From: Rubripirellula sp.
GTDB taxonomy: Bacteria; Planctomycetota; Planctomycetia; Pirellulales; Pirellulaceae
Direction of reading: 5' to 3'
Length of the DNA stretch: 64,000 nt
Assembly: GCA_965216875.1 (NCBI GenBank)
Contig: OZ244207.1
Coordinates: 864,001 to 928,000, forward strand
A program made the position numbers and the translations under genes. The notes under the pieces were generated by a model, which saw nothing but the letters and a program-made list of their open reading frames with translations, ran no database searches and was not told where the DNA came from. Shown here piece by piece: positions 1-10,219 of the stretch (positions are counted from its first letter, which is position 1; each line of letters begins with the position of its first letter).

Positions 1-1765
1 CGTCTAGCACGATGGCCGCCGCCAAACGGCCCCATTGGTGGTCGCTGGTCAATTCCTTTTCCAGCACTGTGATCGCTGATCGGGCATCGCCAAATCGGGC
101 CACGGCCCGAGCCGCCGCGATTCGAACGCTGGGCGACGGATCATTCAGCAGCGGTTTCACCTGGGACAGCGACGAAGAAGCTGGCTGGCCAAGATTGCCC
201 AGGCCGGTGGCCGCCCAATACCTGACCGACGCATCCTCGTCACTCAACGCTAGGACGAGTTCGTCGAGGGCGTCCATCCCTTCGGAAGCGCGCGTGGCGA
301 CACGAACCAACCGGGCGAGCGTCTTTTCGGCGTTATCCGCATCGTGCAGGATTGCATAGCGCGAGCCTGCACCCTTTTCTCGAAGTTCGATCTCCGCTTC
401 TGGGATCAAGCCGATGTCGCCAATCTCGTTCTGCCAGCCCGAAAGAGCCGCCCGCATCTCGACAAGCTTGCGTTGGTACTTGGGATCACTCGCAAGATTG
501 CTTACTTCGTGAGGATCCTTCTGCAGATCATAAAGCTCCTCGGCCGGCTTGGTTGCTGCGGAGAAGAGTGCCAGCGCGCCGGTCAGGTTGCCGGCTTGTT
601 CGTACCGCCGAATCTCTTTCATCGTCGCTCCCTTTTCGGGAGTGTTCATGTATTGGTAGTAAGGTTTGAGAGGTTCGAAGTTGCGAACATAGCGGTAACG
701 TTTGTCACGGACTGCACGAATGATGTCGTACCGTTCGTCCATTCGGTCGCGCGCGCCGTAGATGTAGTTGCGTTCTTTCTTGAGGTCGCTACCTAGAAAC
801 GCTCGGCCCTGCACGTAACTGGGGACATCGAGTCCGGCAAGGTTCAATACGGTTGGGCCAAAGTCGGTGGAGTTGATCAGTTGGTCGTCGATACTTCCGG
901 CGACGCCTTGGTTGCCGATCCGCAGGCTTGGTGGAATTCGCACAATCATTGGGATCCGCGTGCCTGAATCGTACAGCCACCGTTTGGCACGCGGCAGACC
1001 GACGCCGTGGTCGGACCAAAAGAAGATGATTGTGTTTTCGTAGAGGCCATCTTGCTTGAGTTGTGCGATCAGGTCGCCGGCCCAAGCGTCCATTGCAGTG
1101 ATCAGTTCGTAGTTTCGTTTCCAATCTTCGCGCGTGATCGGTGTGTCGGGGTAGTAGGGTGGCAGCGTTGTGAGTTCGGCTGCGTTTTGCCGTTGCGATT
1201 GGCTCAGGTTTTCCGTCACCGACTTGTACTTGGCGTCGCCTGCGATCCCGCTTTCGTGGCAGCCGCCGAAGTTGAAGACCGAAAAGAAGGGTTGGTCTTT
1301 GGTTTTGCGATTGCGCCAATGGGCTTTGCCGCTGGAGTGATCCCAAATCGTTTTCGACGACGGCTGTTTGAATTGGTAGTCGGTTTTGCTGTTGTTGGTG
1401 CAGTAGTAACCGGCTTCGCGCAGCGCCATCGGAAACGGCTTGAGCCATTCGGGAAGCGTAGCGTTGCATCGCATGTGGTGAGTACCGATGCTGTTCTGGT
1501 ACATGCCAGTAATGATTGTTGATCGGCAGGGCGCGCAAACACCGGCCGCAGTGTAGGTGTTCGTGAAACGGACTCCCTCGTCGGCCAGTTTGTCAAGGTT
1601 TGGCGTGATCGCGTGTGGGTCACCAAAGCAACCAAGGTGTGGGCTGATGTCTTCGCAGGAGAGCCACACGATGTTTGGCTGAGACGCCATCGCAGGAGTG
1701 CAGCATGCCAACAACAAGAGCGCAGCAACAAACGACTGCACTGGGTGAAGGAGAGGGCGGAGCAT
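1..1765 (-). CDS. Sulfatase with C-terminal HEAT-like repeats (3' end runs off the window start)
   Basis: Not in the ORF track. Manual translation from ATG 1765 gives MLRPLLHPVQSFVAALLLLACCTPAMA-SQPNIVWLSCEDISPHLGCFGD...GVCAPCRSTIITG, i.e. signal peptide plus CxPxR sulfatase motif. The distal part reads LSDEDASVRYWAATGLG and LNDPSPSVRIAAARAV (HEAT-like). Confidence 0.9.
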   Translation of the reverse strand, partial: MLRPLLHPVQSFVAALLLLACCTPAMASQPNIVWLSCEDISPHLGCFGDPHAITPNLDKLADEGVRFTNTYTAAGVCAPCRSTIITGMYQNSIGTHHMRCNATLPEWLKPFPMALREAGYYCTNNSKTDYQFKQPSSKTIWDHSSGKAHWRNRKTKDQPFFSVFNFGGCHESGIAGDAKYKSVTENLSQSQRQNAAELTTLPPYYPDTPITREDWKRNYELITAMDAWAGDLIAQLKQDGLYENTIIFFWSDHGVGLPRAKRWLYDSGTRIPMIVRIPPSLRIGNQGVAGSIDDQLINSTDFGPTVLNLAGLDVPSYVQGRAFLGSDLKKERNYIYGARDRMDERYDIIRAVRDKRYRYVRNFEPLKPYYQYMNTPEKGATMKEIRRYEQAGNLTGALALFSAATKPAEELYDLQKDPHEVSNLASDPKYQRKLVEMRAALSGWQNEIGDIGLIPEAEIELREKGAGSRYAILHDADNAEKTLARLVRVATRASEGMDALDELVLALSDEDASVRYWAATGLGNLGQPASSSLSQVKPLLNDPSPSVRIAAARAVARFGDARSAITVLEKELTSDHQWGRLAAAIVLD

Positions 1766-1780
1766 AAGGCGGGAGGGGAG

Positions 1781-2161
1781 TTAGCGTGTGGTGGGAGCGT
1801 AGGGATTGTCGCCGGCAGAGGCGACCGCTTCAAAGCTGGATGCGTCTTCAGGTGTGCGACGTGCAAAGACGGCGGCAATCACCAAGCCAAGACCGACGCA
1901 GTGAAGGAGCGATCTGAGAATATAGACGATGCCGTTCGCGAAAACGATGGTTTCGGTCTCGAAGCTCCGAGCGATGAGGAAGTTGACGAGATAGCCGCCA
2001 ACCTGAAGGACCAAGAGGATCAGCAAGCCAAGTGTGGCGAGATTCGCTGCAGCGGGGCACGTCGATCGTTTGACTAACACAAACGCCAAAGCGGCTACCA
2101 GGAACAGTCCACTTACGATGGTCGGAATGAAATAGAGCAGGGTGACGGTTGCGGATCCCAT
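1781..2161 (-). CDS. Small integral membrane protein, hypothetical
   Basis: 126 aa, three hydrophobic segments, C-terminal NPYAP motif common in planctomycete membrane proteins; 6-16 bp from both neighbours. Confidence 0.75.
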   Translation of the reverse strand: MGSATVTLLYFIPTIVSGLFLVAALAFVLVKRSTCPAAANLATLGLLILLVLQVGGYLVNFLIARSFETETIVFANGIVYILRSLLHCVGLGLVIAAVFARRTPEDASSFEAVASAGDNPYAPTTR

Positions 2162-2166
2162 AGTGC

Positions 2167-2931
2167 CTATCGCGAATTGAACGTGCTTTGGATCAGCACG
2201 TAGAGTTTGCCTTCGTTGTCCGTTGGATCCACATCATACATTCGCAAGAAGAGACGCCCCGATTTTTTTGCAATGAAATCGTCGCCATCTTCGACCAAAA
2301 AGGGGCGTGCTTCCTTCAATTCGCTCGGAGAATTCACCACCACACCAATGAGTGAGCCCAATTTGATTCGGCCGTCGTTGATACGCTTCTCTTGCGGGAT
2401 TTCGATTCCTTTGGGGCCGGTTTCGTAGACGACTTTCCAGCTTCCTTTGACTTCGATGTGGACAGGCATCCCTTCGCGAAGCACCGCGCCACTGTCTTGC
2501 CACTCGCCGGTCGCTTTGACATCGGTGATCTTTTTGTCTTGGAGCGATTGGCTGTTAAGAACTCGCTTAAGCCCAGCTTCGGCCGGTTGGTATTTGGGAA
2601 TCAAACGAACGAGAGATTCGTAGGCTTCACGAGCTTGGGCAAATTGCTTTTTACGTTCAAATTCGCTGGCCAACTTTTCCGTTTTGGCGATGAACTCTTT
2701 TTGAAGGGCAAGGACTTGTGGGTCGGCCGCGAGTTCCGGTTGATTCTCAGCGGCCTCTTTCAGTTGCTGTTGGATACGCTGTTGCATCTGGCGGACGGCG
2801 CGCGGATTGGGGCGTTGCGACCAGGCAACCGCACTGAAGTGAATTGCAATCAGCGCAACGAGAAGCGGGCGGGCCAGGGCGAGAAGCGGGCGGGCCAGGG
2901 GCAGGCAAGAGAACAAGGCAGGGCTTCGCAT
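2167..2931 (-). CDS. Exported hypothetical protein (helical/TPR-like segment plus beta-sandwich)
   Basis: ORF 2167..3051; likely start MRSPALF at 2931 followed by a signal peptide. Confidence 0.75.
   Translation of the reverse strand: MRSPALFSCLPLARPLLALARPLLVALIAIHFSAVAWSQRPNPRAVRQMQQRIQQQLKEAAENQPELAADPQVLALQKEFIAKTEKLASEFERKKQFAQAREAYESLVRLIPKYQPAEAGLKRVLNSQSLQDKKITDVKATGEWQDSGAVLREGMPVHIEVKGSWKVVYETGPKGIEIPQEKRINDGRIKLGSLIGVVVNSPSELKEARPFLVEDGDDFIAKKSGRLFLRMYDVDPTDNEGKLYVLIQSTFNSR
2859..2900. repeat. Exact 2 x 21-bp tandem repeat in a signal-peptide coding region
   Basis: CGAGAAGCGGGCGGGCCAGGG occurs twice; encodes LARPLLA-LARPLL on the minus strand. Confidence 0.9.
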
Positions 2932-3020
2932 AGGGGACTCCGAGTACCGGAACGAGCTCGTGGGGAACATGGGCTCGTGGGAAACATTCATTTTAGCCAG
3001 GCCGCGCCAGAATGGCCGAA

Positions 3021-4283
3021 TCAGGGAGACAAGCGGGCAATTTCCAGGCAAAGGATGTTCTGATTGTCCCGAATCAACGCTTTACCACCGGCGATTGCGA
3101 CCGCCTGACGCGTTTTCCCAAACATACGTTTGCGACCAAGTTCGACGAAGGCTTTGGGGGTGGCTTTGACAAGCACCAACTCTCCCTTCATCGTCGTGAT
3201 CCACAACTTGCCTGCGGCGGCAACAAGATTGCCTTTTCCAAAGCGAGTCTTTTGCCAGGCGACTTGACCAGTCTTGGCGTCAACGCACGTCAAATGCGTG
3301 GTCGGGCCTGCACTTCCAACGTTGTCGAAACCATAAAGGTACCCATCAAGATAGACAGAAGTTTGCCATTCGTTGCGGAGCACACTCTTCACATCAATCG
3401 AAGCCCAGACTTCGCGGACTTGGTACTGATTGTTTTGCTTTGAAACGGAAAGCATCACGCACCCGTGATTCTCGCCAGCGGAGATGAAGATGTTCTCGCC
3501 TGCGTTAATCGGACTCGCCGTGTTGCAATCGTAAGGTGTCTTGAACGGATAGTCCCAAAGCACGTTGCCGCTGCCCGGTTCGATTCCCATCACCCCGTTG
3601 CCTGTGAAAGTGACGACCTGTGGTTGCCGGTCAACGCGAAGCAGTGCGGGTGACGCATATCCGGGAGCTCCCGTACCAGCCATCCAAGCCGATTTCCCGT
3701 TCGCTGAATTGACGGCGACGACGGAAGCCCGACCACCGGCGGTGACAATGACTTCGTTTCCGACCACAAGTGGAGAACTTGCCATGCCATAGTCGGCGAC
3801 ATTCCCACCAGAGAGACCAAGGATGTCGGTGGACCAAACGAGGTCTCCGTTTGAAACCTTCACGCAGACCAGGTTTCCGTCACCCGAGTAAGCGTAGACG
3901 TGCTGGCCTGAGACGGTTGGCGTGGCGCGTGGTCCGTCGCCTTGACCGTTCTCATATTTCGCGCCGATCGAAGTTTCCCAGAGTGTGCTACCGTCCTCGA
4001 TCGACAGTGCCACGAGCACCTGTTCGTTGGATGTGTTCCATGTCGTCAGCGCCTTGTCGCCCACAATGGCAAACGATGACATTCCCACCCCGCCAGGAAC
4101 CTGCCAAAGCACTTTGGGGCCACCGTCAGGCCATGACTCCAGCAACCCGCTCTCGTTGGAGATACCGTTGCGGTGTTGTCCCAAGAATTGCGGCCAGTCA
4201 TCAGCACGACTGGGAATCGCAATCACGATCGAGCAAAACAATCCGACAAGTGCGACCAGAGTATTTGGGCGGTGGTGAATCAC
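3021..4283 (-). CDS. PQQ-binding-like beta-propeller repeat protein (BamB-like family)
   Basis: ADDWPQFLG..RNG, GPRATP, YGMASSP and G.V.W repeats; start uncertain (GTG 4283, ORF open to 4400). Confidence 0.88.
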   Translation of the reverse strand: MIHHRPNTLVALVGLFCSIVIAIPSRADDWPQFLGQHRNGISNESGLLESWPDGGPKVLWQVPGGVGMSSFAIVGDKALTTWNTSNEQVLVALSIEDGSTLWETSIGAKYENGQGDGPRATPTVSGQHVYAYSGDGNLVCVKVSNGDLVWSTDILGLSGGNVADYGMASSPLVVGNEVIVTAGGRASVVAVNSANGKSAWMAGTGAPGYASPALLRVDRQPQVVTFTGNGVMGIEPGSGNVLWDYPFKTPYDCNTASPINAGENIFISAGENHGCVMLSVSKQNNQYQVREVWASIDVKSVLRNEWQTSVYLDGYLYGFDNVGSAGPTTHLTCVDAKTGQVAWQKTRFGKGNLVAAAGKLWITTMKGELVLVKATPKAFVELGRKRMFGKTRQAVAIAGGKALIRDNQNILCLEIARLSP

Positions 4284-4428
4284 GGTGCGCTTTCGAAAAC
4301 GTGTGAGAGGTTTCGTCTGGTGTCTCGGTACGAGACTAAGATAACGCAATCGCCGCCCGCGTGACGCTTCGATCAAGCTTCTCGATTGTCGCCGAAGCAC
4401 CTACAATGGATTCTTCGAACGGGCGATC

Positions 4429-5238
4429 GTGGTTTCACGAAGGTTTACAGGTGATCAATTGAACTGGAAAAACGTTTCTCTTTGCCTCGGCTTCGCAGGA
4501 GCGATCGGGTTTGTCGTCGGTTGCGACCAATCGAGCGCACCCGATTTGGCGGGCACGACGGTGGTGTCCGAATCAGACGACAGCACCAACGCCGATGCAG
4601 ACTTGACGGTCCAGGAGAGTAAAACGCAGAGTGATGAGGGTGATTCCAAGGACCGGCAATCCAACGATTTGGCATCTAAGGATTTGGAACCCACGTCATC
4701 GGAGGGCAGCACAAGCGAAACGAGTGAAAATGCAGCTAGTGACGGATCGAGCACAAAAGGGAAAGCGAAAATGAGCGGCGATCAAGAGGCGGCCAAGCCG
4801 CAAGCGATCCAGCAAGGCACTGCTTCGGCCGATGACGGCGAACTGAAATACAACGATCTCGATGCGAATGAGGCGTACGTGATCCTCCGCAAGGGGACCG
4901 AGCCGCCAGGCCCGGGTGGCTACACACTAACGAAGGATCCCGGCACCTACATCTGTCGCCAATGCAACGCTGTTCTCTATCGCGCCGAGGACAAGTTCGA
5001 AAGCCATTGTGGGTGGCCAAGTTTCGATGACGAGGTCGAGGGAGCGGTCGCCCGCCACGTCGATGCCGATGGGCACCGAACCGAAATCGTCTGTGCGAAC
5101 TGTGGTGGCCATCTTGGCCACGTCTTTTTGGGTGAAGGTTTTACCAAGAAGAACACGCGGCACTGCGTGAATTCCATCTCGATGAAATTCATCAAGCAAG
5201 GCGACCCGATTCCCGACAAAATCGTGCTCGAGAAATAG
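4429..5238 (+). CDS. msrB: Methionine-R-sulfoxide reductase MsrB with lipoprotein signal and long acidic linker
   Basis: GTE.P, Y.CRQC, KFESHCGWPSF, EIVCANCGGHLGHVF, RHCVNS motifs; N-terminal FVVGC lipobox-like sequence. Confidence 0.93.
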   Translation: MVSRRFTGDQLNWKNVSLCLGFAGAIGFVVGCDQSSAPDLAGTTVVSESDDSTNADADLTVQESKTQSDEGDSKDRQSNDLASKDLEPTSSEGSTSETSENAASDGSSTKGKAKMSGDQEAAKPQAIQQGTASADDGELKYNDLDANEAYVILRKGTEPPGPGGYTLTKDPGTYICRQCNAVLYRAEDKFESHCGWPSFDDEVEGAVARHVDADGHRTEIVCANCGGHLGHVFLGEGFTKKNTRHCVNSISMKFIKQGDPIPDKIVLEK

Positions 5239-5421
5239 GCCAAGAGAACTGCCACGGTTGCGTGCGGTGCTCTGCCATGCTGTTTTGAGAAAACCGCGTG
5301 CTATCGCTCAGCGGCTCACGTGTTGAAGATGCCGTTCGTAGTACCGAGCTTTAGCCGGAATCTTTAAACCCTCAGCCGCAATCGCGCTAGCGTACGGCTC
5401 ACACGTTGGTCGCGGGTGGCT

Positions 5422-6012
5422 TCAAACGGTTGACTTGACCGCAGCAAGTTGGTCGACGACCAATGCGATTGCGGCAGCCGCCATCGGTGTGCTCATGCTG
5501 GCCAGGCGTCCGCTGTCTCGCGCCGCTTGTGCGGGTGCCAAGGGAATGTGGACAAACGTGCTGCGTGTGCGCAATCCGAACGATTGAGCGTAGTGCTGGC
5601 TGAGATAGAGCGCGGCATTGCAAAGATAGGTGCCAGCGTGGTGCGAGACTTCTGCAGGGATGCCCGCGCTTGCCAGTGAACGGTAGCAGCGTTCGAGCGG
5701 AAGCGCTGTTCGATAGGCGTCCGGTGCGTCTTCGATGAGCGGCGATCCATCACTGCGCACGTTGAGTCCGACCGATTCGAGTTTGATCAACGTCGAACCG
5801 GGCGCTTGGCCAAGGTGAATCGCGAGGTCGTATTCTCCTTGCAGGTCTTTGCGAAGACGCTCGCTCATACCTGTCAGGTCGACTGGGTATCGTCGCGTCG
5901 TTAACTCGCACGCACCGTCGTACCAGTGCGTCAAATCAGCCAGTGCAAGCCAGCTGGAATTGTCCGGCCAGCGATCGTAGGGATCGAATGCAGTGAGGAG
6001 AACTCGCGTCAC
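5422..6012 (-). CDS. pcp: Pyroglutamyl-peptidase I
   Basis: VLLTAFDPY, HLGQ, catalytic E, AGTYLCN and FVHIP motifs. Confidence 0.92.
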   Translation of the reverse strand: MTRVLLTAFDPYDRWPDNSSWLALADLTHWYDGACELTTRRYPVDLTGMSERLRKDLQGEYDLAIHLGQAPGSTLIKLESVGLNVRSDGSPLIEDAPDAYRTALPLERCYRSLASAGIPAEVSHHAGTYLCNAALYLSQHYAQSFGLRTRSTFVHIPLAPAQAARDSGRLASMSTPMAAAAIALVVDQLAAVKSTV

Positions 6013-6132
6013 AGATGTGGTTTCCGAAAGCCTGTTACGGTGAAGTCTGTCGCACAGATATCGCGTTCAATGATACTTCGTTGGCGGGGCGTCGGTGTGT
6101 GAGAAACTGTACGCTTTCCCGCGGCAACCTGC

Positions 6133-6528
6133 TCAATACCATTTGTTCCAGGCAACGATGATTGCGCCGGTGGCAACGATTGCGGCGGCCGTGTAGGCGA
6201 ATGTGAAGAAGAAAAACGCGATGTATCGCTCGCGCGGCGTGCGTCGACGATGGCGAACGAGTGATTGAGAGAGTGTTGCTTGGGGGCAAATCTCATCGCC
6301 CCCGCCAACCACCGGCGACGCTTCGTTGCGACGACTCGCGTTGCCACGACCTTCGTTGTCGGGGCTTTCGTTGTCGGGTGGATTGGGAGTCTTCATCACT
6401 ACGCCCGTCTGCTGAAGGTTCTTCCTCGCAGTTGCGCTGTCGGGAATCTGGCGAGCAGGCACCGTGGTCGGGTTCGGCTCGGACGGTTGCCGCCAAGCAT
6501 CGTTGGCAGGGGCGTTCGCTGTGCTCAC
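6133..6528 (-). CDS. Hypothetical protein with C-terminal transmembrane helix
   Basis: 131 aa, disordered N-terminus and C-terminal YIAFFFFTFAYTAAAIVATGAIIVAW. Confidence 0.55.
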   Translation of the reverse strand: MSTANAPANDAWRQPSEPNPTTVPARQIPDSATARKNLQQTGVVMKTPNPPDNESPDNEGRGNASRRNEASPVVGGGDEICPQATLSQSLVRHRRRTPRERYIAFFFFTFAYTAAAIVATGAIIVAWNKWY

Positions 6529-6677
6529 GGTCCGGTTTCTGGCTGGGGAAGGAATGAGGCCTGATGCCTAGTCCAATTCGCGTTTCCCCACTGCTCAACA
6601 GTACAGGCGTCGAATGCCTTCAGAATCCGCACTCACAGACGACAAAAGTGACGGCTGGGCCGGATTTGAGGCTCGCG

Positions 6678-6879
6678 GTAGGTCATGCTCCGCATGTCGG
6701 GCGTTCGCATTGCGTGCACGAGGGGGTAAGGCCCGACGCAAGCGCGTTCGGCTCAGAATTGCGCCCCTTAACACTCTCCCTTGGGAGAGTCGGGCTCTAA
6801 GGCCCGGAGGGTTTGTTTCAAGAGAGTCATTCCCTCCCCGGACTTTGCGTCCGACCCTCCCGCAAGCGGGAGGGTGATT
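6678..6879. repeat. Composite REP-like mosaic (three repeat families)
   Basis: GTAGGTCATGCTCCGCATG (6678; also 26850, 43855 rc), GGCCCGACGCAAGCGCGTTCGGCTCA (6730; also 26959) and a 108-bp element 6772-6879 nearly identical to 54271-54380. Confidence 0.85.
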
Positions 6880-6910
6880 GTTCGAGCGCACTGTTACCTG
6901 CCAAGCGAGC

Positions 6911-7783
6911 TTACATCGACGAGCCGTAGGGGCGTGAGCTGATTACCCCTTCGCTGGGGCTGCTTGCCGTGCCATAGAGGCGCCGCGGAATCCGTCCTGA
7001 GAGCGCGGCGTCACGGCCGGCCAATGCGGCATGCTTCATGGCGCGTGCCATGCGAATCGGGTCGCGGGCGTGCGCGATCGCGGTGTTAAGCAGGACGCCA
7101 TCGGCGCCAAGTTCAAACGCTTCAGCAACGTCGCTCGCCGTGCCAACACCTGCGTCGACGATGACCGGGTAATCGGGATCGTCTTCCTTGAGGTACTCGA
7201 GGATGATGCGCAGGTTGTTTGGATTGAGCAGACCCTGTCCGCTACCAATGGGACTTCCTGCTGGCATCACACTGGCCGCCCCCACTGCTTTCAGGCGACG
7301 CGCGGTGACGGGGCAATCGCTGGTGTAACAAAGGACTGAAAAACCATCTGCCGCAAGCGTCTCGCATGCCGAGACCGTTTCGGCTGGATCCGGTAGAAGT
7401 GTTTTGCTGTCGCCGAGCACTTCGAGTTTGACCCAGTCGGCACCTGGATTGCCCAGCGAACGCAGGATCTCACGCCCAAGTTTTGCGGCACGAATGGCAT
7501 CCGCGGCGGTGTAGCAGCCAGCGGTGTTGGGAAGCAGCGTGTAACGATCGAGATCGAGGAAATCGAGGATGTTTTGACCGGTGCGATCGTAAAGACGCTC
7601 ACGACGAACGGCGACGGTGACACAATCGGCGCCCGACGCGTCGAGCGAGTCACGCATCTGTTCCATCGTGTCATAGCGGCCTGTGCCCACAATCAACCGA
7701 CTGGCCAGCGTATGGCCACCCACGACAAGCGGATTGTCGCAGCTGGAGGAATCGGTTGTGGACTCGGTCACCGTCACGTGCAT
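6911..7783 (-). CDS. thiG: Thiazole synthase
   Basis: [47 protein letters not shown] motifs. Confidence 0.97.
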   Translation of the reverse strand: MHVTVTESTTDSSSCDNPLVVGGHTLASRLIVGTGRYDTMEQMRDSLDASGADCVTVAVRRERLYDRTGQNILDFLDLDRYTLLPNTAGCYTAADAIRAAKLGREILRSLGNPGADWVKLEVLGDSKTLLPDPAETVSACETLAADGFSVLCYTSDCPVTARRLKAVGAASVMPAGSPIGSGQGLLNPNNLRIILEYLKEDDPDYPVIVDAGVGTASDVAEAFELGADGVLLNTAIAHARDPIRMARAMKHAALAGRDAALSGRIPRRLYGTASSPSEGVISSRPYGSSM

Positions 7784-7843
7784 TCACTTTGCAAAAAAGG
7801 TCAAACCACTCGTCAACGCACTCGAGTGATCCAGTTGGTTCAA

Positions 7844-8047
7844 TCAGCCGCCACCGACGAGGGTGACAACTTCAACATCGTCGCCGGGTCCAACCATATG
7901 CGACGTGTAGTCTTCCCGCGGTACGACTTCCGCGTTGACCTCGACCGCCAAATAGTTTGGCGGGACATCAACGGTGTCAAGCAACGTTTCGACCGTCATG
8001 GGCGATTCGATTTCGACCTTTTGGCCGTTGACCGTAATCTCGATCAT
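7844..8047 (-). CDS. thiS: Sulfur carrier protein ThiS
   Basis: MIEITVNG...AVEVN.EVVPR...GDDVEVVTLVGGG with C-terminal GG; upstream of thiG. Confidence 0.95.
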   Translation of the reverse strand: MIEITVNGQKVEIESPMTVETLLDTVDVPPNYLAVEVNAEVVPREDYTSHMVGPGDDVEVVTLVGGG

Positions 8048-8133
8048 GTCAAACCAGTGATAGCGGACGCTCTCGATGGTCGAGCGTCCCAATAACGTCA
8101 GCCCGGCGATGCCGGGCTCGACAAACCGGGTGA

Positions 8134-9135
8134 TCAGTTGCCTTCGTCAAAGGCTTGGTCAAAGGCTCGCGTGCTTGGCGAGAAGTCAAGCTTCTTGGTG
8201 AATTCGCAAGCTTCTTTAGCACCAAAGGTACGTTCCATGCCGCTGTCTTCCCATTCGATCGACAGTGGTCCGTCGTAACCGATGTCGTTCAGGGCACGAA
8301 TGATCTCTTCAAAGTTCACACCACCGCGACCTGGGCTGCGGAAGTCCCAACCGCGTCGCGCGTCGCCAAAGTTCAAGTGACTGCAGTTGATGCCACTGCG
8401 TCCGTCCAAGGTGACGATCGCGTCTTTGACGTGAACGTGGTAAATGCGGTCGGCAAAGGTGCGAATGAACTGAACGGGATCAACGCCTTGCCAAATCAAG
8501 TGGCTAGGGTCGAAGTTGAAGCCAAACTCAGGGCGATGATCGAGAGCTTCCAGAGCGGCTTGTGCGGTGTAGATGTCAAACGCAATCTCGGTGGGGTGCA
8601 CTTCGAGTGCAAAGCGAACGCCACAGTCACCGAAGACATCGAGGATTGGATTGAAGCGATCCGCCAACAGCTTGAAGCCGTCGTCGATCATGCTCTGTGG
8701 GACCGGTGGGAACGAATAGAGCAGGTGCCAAATGCTGCTACCGGTGAAGCCGTTGACGACATCGACACCAAACTTCTGAGCAGCGCGAGCGGTGTTTTTG
8801 AGCTCTTCGATGGCTCGTTCGTTCACGCCCGCTGGGTCGCCATCGCCCCAAACGTAATCGGGAAGGATCGCCTGGTGACGTTGGTCGATGTTGTCCAAAA
8901 CAGCTTGGCCAACAAGGTGGGCCGAGATGGCGTGGCACTGCAGACCAGCTTCATCCAACAGGGCTCGTTTCTTTTCGCAGTAGTCGTCTTCGGCCAGAGC
9001 CTTGTCGACTTCAAAGTGGTCGCCCCAGCATGCGAGTTCGATCCCGTCGTAACCGAATTCGGCGGTCATGCGGGCCATTTCAGCAATTGGCAAGTCGGCC
9101 CACTGGCCAGTGAACAAAGTGACAGGTCGAGCCAT
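8134..9135 (-). CDS. Sugar phosphate isomerase/epimerase (xylose isomerase-like TIM barrel)
   Basis: [43 protein letters not shown] motifs. Confidence 0.9.
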   Translation of the reverse strand: MARPVTLFTGQWADLPIAEMARMTAEFGYDGIELACWGDHFEVDKALAEDDYCEKKRALLDEAGLQCHAISAHLVGQAVLDNIDQRHQAILPDYVWGDGDPAGVNERAIEELKNTARAAQKFGVDVVNGFTGSSIWHLLYSFPPVPQSMIDDGFKLLADRFNPILDVFGDCGVRFALEVHPTEIAFDIYTAQAALEALDHRPEFGFNFDPSHLIWQGVDPVQFIRTFADRIYHVHVKDAIVTLDGRSGINCSHLNFGDARRGWDFRSPGRGGVNFEEIIRALNDIGYDGPLSIEWEDSGMERTFGAKEACEFTKKLDFSPSTRAFDQAFDEGN

Positions 9136-9339
9136 CGAGGTCTCCGGGCAGAACACAGTTGAGTCAAATGAATCGTTGAAGAGGTCGATAGTTTCGCATC
9201 GGCGTCAATTGCCTGCAAGCAGACGTGGCGTATTCGCACAGAAACCACCAGAAACGCGGTGTTGCGAATCCCCTAGCCGGAAAAGTTTGTGAGCGGGATG
9301 ACCCGAAAAAGTCTGTAAGCTCGCTGACACGCGGGCGGC

Positions 9340-9840
9340 TCAGAAGGCTTGCAGGGCAAAGGCGAGTTGCCGGGCTCGCCGCTTCACTTCCGCCTCGACC
9401 CGTTCCACCGCTCGTCGACGCTCGCTAAGCGATGCTGCTTCGTCGGCCTGTGACATCCGGAATTGGCGTTCGCTCGATTCCTGGACCGCAACTCGGGCGT
9501 TCAGTTGCGCCTCGCGCGAGTCGAGCTCGGACGACCATTGCTGCAGCTTAGGAACGAGATCCTCGCAGTGGTAGTGAAGCCAATCGGTTGGCTCCGCGGT
9601 CGTCTCGGTGGTCGATTCGGCCGATGTGGAGTCTTGGTTTGCGTCGACGGGGTGAGGATCGTCAACACGCTGGATCTCAATTTCGGCTGGCGGGATTTTG
9701 TCCTGAGACGGTTCTTTTTCCTCCGGCAGAGACGTCGCAGACTCTGTCGCTCGATCGCGCGTACGCTCGACCATGCCTGCCACATCGACATGCGGCACGC
9801 TAAAGCTCGGTGGATCGATGCGATGTGGCGTGGAAGACAT
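9340..9840 (-). CDS. Hypothetical protein with C-terminal coiled coil
   Basis: 166-aa ORF, acidic N-half and helical C-half. Confidence 0.65.
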   Translation of the reverse strand: MSSTPHRIDPPSFSVPHVDVAGMVERTRDRATESATSLPEEKEPSQDKIPPAEIEIQRVDDPHPVDANQDSTSAESTTETTAEPTDWLHYHCEDLVPKLQQWSSELDSREAQLNARVAVQESSERQFRMSQADEAASLSERRRAVERVEAEVKRRARQLAFALQAF

Positions 9841-10219
9841 GAATTTGTTGAAAAAGTTTCCCAGCGGCGTGCCGTTTGCTGACCAATGTCGCTCTGCAAG
9901 GTGATGCCGCTTTGAAACGCGATTGCATCTCTAACTCGCTCCCTGTGCCGTCAATCGTGATCAAGCGGATCAGTTGATGACGCCTCGGGAGTTGCGGTTC
10001 GGATGCGCTGCGTATCATTTGGTTCGTCGCGAGCCCCCCGCGCTCTGCATCAATGAATTCCCATTAGCTAAGATGTTTGGGATGAGGCACGGGTTAGGAG
10101 GCCTATGCGACTTGTCCAGCTCGCCGTTTGTCTCCCTGGCTGGGGGCCACCCCATACTGCAGAATCACTGTCGTCCTCAGCATCGACGCTGCCCTTCAGG
10201 AAGAGAAAGAAAAGAATCA

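Noticed and set aside
6009..6347. Frameshifted continuation of the 6133..6528 gene
   Set aside because: The 131-aa ORF ends cleanly after its TM helix; the alternative frame has no protein-like features.
8048..8133. TPP riboswitch upstream of thiS-thiG
   Set aside because: Only two short hairpins; the conserved CUGAGA and downstream TPP aptamer motifs are absent and the space is too small.
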